NCBI GenBank assembly: GCA_963845535.1
Contig: CAWJSK010000014.1
Span: 96,001-160,000 of the forward strand
DNA: 64,000 bases
Reading direction: 5' to 3'
Source of the DNA: an uncultured Spirochaetota bacterium
GTDB taxonomy: Bacteria; Spirochaetota; Spirochaetia; SZUA-6; Fen-1364
Of this stretch, positions 59,129 through 64,000 are shown one piece after another. The notes beneath the pieces are model-generated. The model saw only the letters and a program-made list of their open reading frames with translations. It was not told where the DNA came from and ran no database searches. Made by a program: the position numbers and the translations under genes. Position 1 is the first letter of the stretch. Each line of letters begins with the position of its first letter.

Positions 59129-59161
59129 GTCCAGGCGAGGCCTTTCGGCGGGCAGGCCGGC

Positions 59162-60837
59162 TCAATAGCCGTCTGATTTGGCGATGTTCTGGTCTTTCTT
59201 GTACAGGTCGTTGTAGACGAATCCGCGGTTTCGAAGGTTGTCCTTGATGTGCTGGGGGAACGGCATCATGCGCCAGAAGATCCCGCGCACGTCCTTGTCC
59301 AGCTTCTGCATCCCCTGGCTTTCCTTGTTGATCCACAGCGCGTAGTCCCGGATGAAGTACTCCCGCACGTCCCCGCGCAGCTTGCGCTCGCTGAACCACT
59401 GGTAGTACTTGCCCGGTGATGCCCTCTTCCATCCAGTAGTAGGCCGCCTTCTCCTTGGCCACCTGCCATCGCAGGTCTGCCATGGCGGTAAGGACCGCCA
59501 GGGGAACGCTCTTGGTCGGGAAAATGGGGATGGCAACCCTGCCGCGGCTTGTTGCCCGGTTGAACTTCTCGAAGGGTTCCCAGCAGATCCCCGTGTCTCC
59601 GTAACAGGCAAGGAGGATGATATTGGGCACGATGCGGGTAGTCTGGCTCTTGTGCGTGCGAAGGAACAGGCCCGGGTCCATGGCCTCGACTTGCGCCATC
59701 TCTCGGATGACGTTCTCCCGGGTCCCGATCTCCCGGATGTTGGCCCTCACGAACTGGGCAAGGAAGATGGGGAAATGGTTTCCCTGCCGCCCCACGCACA
59801 TCTTTGCCATCTGCCGGATGCAGCCCCACTCATCCACCACGGCCTTGGCATCAACCACGCCGGATGCGCTGATCCCTTCAGTCTTGTGGCTGAGGGATTC
59901 GAGGTCTTTCTCGATATTGGCAAGGTCCCCGTAGGAAGTCGCTATCTGCCCATCCAGTCCCGAGAGCTGGCGCAGCGTTTCCTGGATCTGGGCCAGGGCC
60001 GCCTTCTGGGCCTGGTTGAAAGGGGCTTTCAGCCCGCCCAGCTCCTCGAGGCGGTCATGGCGGAGGAGCATGTCGACCTGGGATCGAAGCTGCTCTTCCC
60101 GCTCATCCAGCTGGCCGATCTTGGCGCGGAGGATTGCTATCTCGCTGTCGCGTTGTCCCTTCCTCTTTTCGACGGCGTCCAGGATCTTCTGCCCCGTGTC
60201 CTTTGTCCTCTGCTTCACCTCGTCGATGGCGGAAGGCCGCACCTGCCCCCTGGCAATCATCTCCAGCCACTCATCCACGTAGTACACCGGCTCACCCGTG
60301 GTGTTTCCATGAATGATGCGGGACACAATCTCGCGGTGCTCGGGGGAAAGGAAGCCCGGGGAAAGGATGCCGCAGCGAAGCAGGAGCCGTTTGGGAGTGA
60401 TGAGCTCCCTGTTGGCCCGGTAGGCGATAGCCGACCCGAGGTCCCAGAACGCGGAGATGAGCTGGGCCCGGAACTTCGACTTCTCCTCAGGGTCCTCGGC
60501 CTTCATGTATTTGCCGAGCAGGTCGTGGACCCGGGTCCCGGTGTCTCCCTTCCCCGGCAAGCACTTTCTTGTAGAAGTCCTTGTCCTGGAAGTAGGGCTT
60601 CGGTTCCTCTTCCAGCTTGACGATGATGGGGAAGCTCTTCTTGGTGGTGTCGATCTGCTCCGCGGGCGGCTTCTCCGCCTGCTGAGTGGACTTCTCTTCG
60701 CCGAAAAGGGTATGGAAGTCAGGTCCGCCTTCCGCGCGCGTCTCCGGCGCGGGCTTCGGGGTCTCTATGTCGAGAAGCTCCGCGAGATCAGGATCGAGCT
60801 CATTCTGCGATGTCGACTCTTTTACCTTGTCATCCAT
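59162..60837 (-). CDS. Hypothetical cytoplasmic protein of about 560 aa (apparent frameshifts near 60550 and 59410)
   Basis: Three consecutive minus-strand ORFs with coherent codon usage, a central coiled coil and an aromatic-rich C-terminal domain. Confidence 0.65.
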
Positions 60838-60847
60838 TGGGATTTAG

Positions 60848-60921
60848 TGGAGGCGACGGGAATTGAACCCACGACCTCTTGAATGCCATTCAAGCGCTCT
60901 AGCCAACTGAGCTACGCCCCC
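60848..60921 (-). tRNA. tRNA-Ala (GGC)
   Basis: GGGGGCGTAGCTCAGTTGGCTAGAGCGCTTGAATGGCATTCAAGAGGTCGTGGGTTCAATTCCCGTCGCCTCCA; G3:U70 pair; CCA not encoded. Confidence 0.97.
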
Positions 60922-60975
60922 GTTCAGTTGTCATCATACGAAGGGGGCTGGCCGCCTGTCAACCCTTACGGTCTT

Positions 60976-61819
60976 CTAGCGGAGGCTGCCGCGCGCCGCC
61001 TGCACCCCGTTTCGAAAGATGGCCAGGCCCTGGCCCTCGTGGACCGTGCGGCTCGCTGCGACCCGGCCCGCTGCCGCCTGACGCGCAGACCGACGCGCCG
61101 ACCACTGCGGATGGTTCTCAGGATAGAGAAAGGCCTCCGGGTGCGGCATGAGCCCGAAAACCTGGCCCGTGGGATCGCAGATCCCGGCGATGTGGTTGAC
61201 CGATCCGTTGGGATCATCGGGGTAGTTCACGGCTTCATCCGTGTCCTGGGCAGTGTCATTCGGCGCGTAGCGCAGGGCAACCAGGCTTCGGCGCTCCAGC
61301 TCCGCAAGCACCTTCGGTGAATCCACCACCAGCTTCCCTTCCCCATGCCTGACGGGCAGGTCCATCTCGGTGAGCCCTCGAGTCCAGAGGCAATTGCACG
61401 CTCCCTGAAAACGCACGTGCACCCAGCGGTCCTCGAACCTGCCCGAGTCGTTGTGGATCAACGAGACCTCCTGGGAGTGGGTCCCCGAGAGGTCAGGAAG
61501 GAATCCCATCTTCACCAGGGCCTGGAAACCGTTGCAGACCCCGATGACCAGGCCTCCGCGCAGGACGTGTTTCTCCAGGGCCGGGCCGAGACTGCGGCGG
61601 AAAAGCGTTGCAAAAACCTTCCCGGAGCCCAGGTGGTCTCCAAAGGAGAAGCCGCCGGGAAACGCAAGGATCTGGAAGCCCTGGAGGCGGTCCGGGCTGT
61701 CCACGAGGTCCCGCGCATGCAGCGCGGCATGCCCGCGCGCCCGCCATCTGGAACGCCAGGGCGAGCTCCTCGTCTGCGTTTATGCCGAACCCGGTGAGCA
61801 CGCAGGCTTTCACGCGCAT
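60976..61819 (-). CDS. purQ: FGAM synthase glutaminase subunit PurQ (apparent frameshift near 61730)
   Basis: GFGINAD, PGGFSFGD, GVCNGFQ, HGEG, MPHPE. Confidence 0.92.
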
Positions 61820-64000
61820 CACGCGTGCGCTCCCCGCCATGCGGCCCGCGCCTCGCGCAGATCAACCGCGGCGATCTCCCGGCCGTTTGCCAGCACGCGC
61901 ACTATGGCATCCGTTGCCACTTCTCCAATCCGCGACACGGCCGTGCCTCTCATGGCCCTTCGAAATCCAGGGTCCGCTTCAGGGGCGACGCTCACGAGAA
62001 GGCGGGATGGAGTCTCGCAGAACAGCAGTCGGGCCGGCTCCCGGGAGCAGCCTCCGGAAACAGCCAGGCCGTCCAGGGATATGCGAGCGCCGCAATCCCC
62101 GCCAAAGCAGCTCTCCGCCAGAGAGACCCACAGTCCGCCGTCCGAAAGGTCGTGGCAGGAACGGACCAGCCCGCGCCTAATGGCGCCGGCCAGCCGATGG
62201 TAGCTCGCCCGCGCCTTCTCCACGTCAACGGTCGGAAATGCTCCGAGCCTCCGCCCGGAGATCCTCTGGAAGCGCGTTCCGCCGAGCTCTCCCCTGGTCT
62301 CACCGACAACATAGATGATGTCTCCGGCGCCCTTGAAATCCGTCGTCACCGCGCGCCGCACGTCGCGGATGATGCCCATCAGTGAGACAAGAAGCGTGGG
62401 CCGTATGGAGATCTTTCTCCCCGCCACCTTCGCGTCGTTCTTCATCGAATCCTTGCCCGAGATGAGAGGCAGCTGGTACCCCAGGCAGGCATCGGCGAGG
62501 CCGCGGCAGGCGCGGACCAGCTGCGCGAGCTTGCGCTGCCCGTCCGGCGTCTCAGGGCTTTCAACCGGGTCCGGCCAGCAGAAGTTGTCAAGCGCAACCA
62601 TCCGCCGCGGGTCGCCCCCGAGTGCAACGTGAGCGCGCACCGCCTCATCCACGGCGCACCGGGCCATCTCGTAGGTGTCTTCATCTCCGTACCAGGGGCA
62701 GATGCCGTGCGTCACCGTGACGCCGCGCGCGGAGCCCGCCCGCACCCGCAGCACGCCCCCGTCGGAGGGGGCATCGCGCCGCTTGCCGACAAACGGCTTG
62801 ATCACCGACCGTCCCTGGACCTCGTGATCGAACTGCCGGACCCACTCCTCCCGGGAGGCGATGTTCGGGTCGGCAAGCAGCTCCAGCATGAGGGGCCGCA
62901 GCTCGGCGGCTGGCAGAAGATCTTCGCTTTGCGGAGCGTGAAGGCGTCCACTGGGCTTCCGAGGTCCATGACGGGGAGGCCGTCGTGCAGGAACTGGAGG
63001 TCCAGCAGGCCAACTGTTTTTCCGCCGGCGGTCACTTCGACCATACCGGTGCCGGTGAACTCCCCCACAACAGTTGCCTCGACGTCTCTGCGGGCGGCAA
63101 GGGAAAGGAGCCGCGCCACGCGCCCTGGCGGGACTGCAAGGCTCATCCGTTCCTGGGATTCCGAGACCAGGATCTCCCACGGTGCAAGCCCCTGGTACTT
63201 GAGCGGGCATTTGTCCAGGTGGATCCGCACGCCGCCGCTGACGGCTGCCATTTCCCCCAGGGAAGAGGAAAGCCCGCCGGCGCCGTTGTCCGTGATTCCG
63301 CGGTAGAGGCCGAGGTCCCGCGCTTCCAGGATCATGTCCAGCATCTTCTTCTGCGTGATGGGGTCCCCGATCTGCACGGCCGAGGTCGGGGAGCTTTCAC
63401 TCAGGGCCTCTGATGAGAAGGTGGCGCCGTGGATCCCGTCTTTGCCCACCCTCCCGCCAACCATGACAGCGAGATCTCCCGGGACGCACGCCCTTTACCC
63501 AGCCCGGCCTGCCGCGGACCCGGGCGGGAAGGACCCCCCCGGTGCCGCAGAAGACAAGCGGCTTGCCGAGGAAGCTGTCATCGAAGAGGAAACGCGCCGG
63601 CAACGACAGGGATACCCGACTGGTTGCCGCCGTCCACGATTCCGCGGTGCACCCCGTCCATCACCCGCCTCGGGTGCATGAGGCCCGCCGGCACCTCGGA
63701 GGCGGGAGTCTGCGGATAGCCGAAGCACAGGACATCCGTGTTGAAGATGGGGCGCGCGCCCATCCCCGTGCCAAGGATGTCGCGGTTCACCCCGACGATG
63801 CCGGTGATGGCCCCGCCGTAGGGGTCCAGCGCGGACGGCGAGTTGTGGGTCTCCACCTTGAAGCACAGCAGCGTGCGACGGTCGAATGCGATCACCCCCG
63901 AATTGTCATGGAACACAGATCGCAGGAATCTGCTTCCTCTTCCGCAGCGCCTCCGTGGTGGCCCTGATGTAGGTGCGGAAAAGAGAACGGATGACCTCCT
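61819..64000 (-). CDS. purL: FGAM synthase PurL (5' part outside the window; several apparent frameshifts)
   Basis: KVETHNSPS, DGIHGATFSS, DNGAGG, SESQERM, SGKDSM, CHDLSDGG. Confidence 0.93.

Noticed and set aside
60848..60921. tRNA-Ala as an integration site
   Set aside because: No duplicated tRNA 3' end and no integrase seen in the window
1..64000. CRISPR array, prophage or rRNA
   Set aside because: No regularly spaced repeats, cas genes, phage structural genes or rRNA signatures seen by eye

Overview
GC-rich bacterial chromosome segment. It is most likely from a free-living Spirochaetia member; this is inferred from the STAS-Zn-ribbon protein, the DnaK-like/LysM plus lytic transglycosylase pair beside mnmG, and lspA followed by a small membrane protein. 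Housekeeping blocks are mnmE-mnmG-rsmG, ftsK, lspA, tRNA-Ala(GGC) and purQ-purL. Accessory modules include: an omptin/lipoprotein cassette; a tightly coupled Phd-VapC-SNF2-SWIM operon; an A2-type heme-copper oxidase operon headed by a membrane-domain/cytochrome c6-like fusion; MNT-HEPN; a complete SiaABCD c-di-GMP module; a Lol-like ABC/LolA-like/outer-membrane-protein operon; and a ferredoxin-fused, probably bifurcating Etf/acyl-CoA dehydrogenase. Two near-identical IS5-family copies each have their own 4-bp target duplication and each sit in the 3' tip of a gene. An RND gene carries an exact in-frame 480-bp diverged tandem duplication with a TAG at the junction, and a HicA pseudogene lies next to it. 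Many conserved genes contain single-base frameshifts, probably long-read consensus errors. No CRISPR array, rRNA or prophage was seen. All family assignments come from motif recognition by eye, with no database search.
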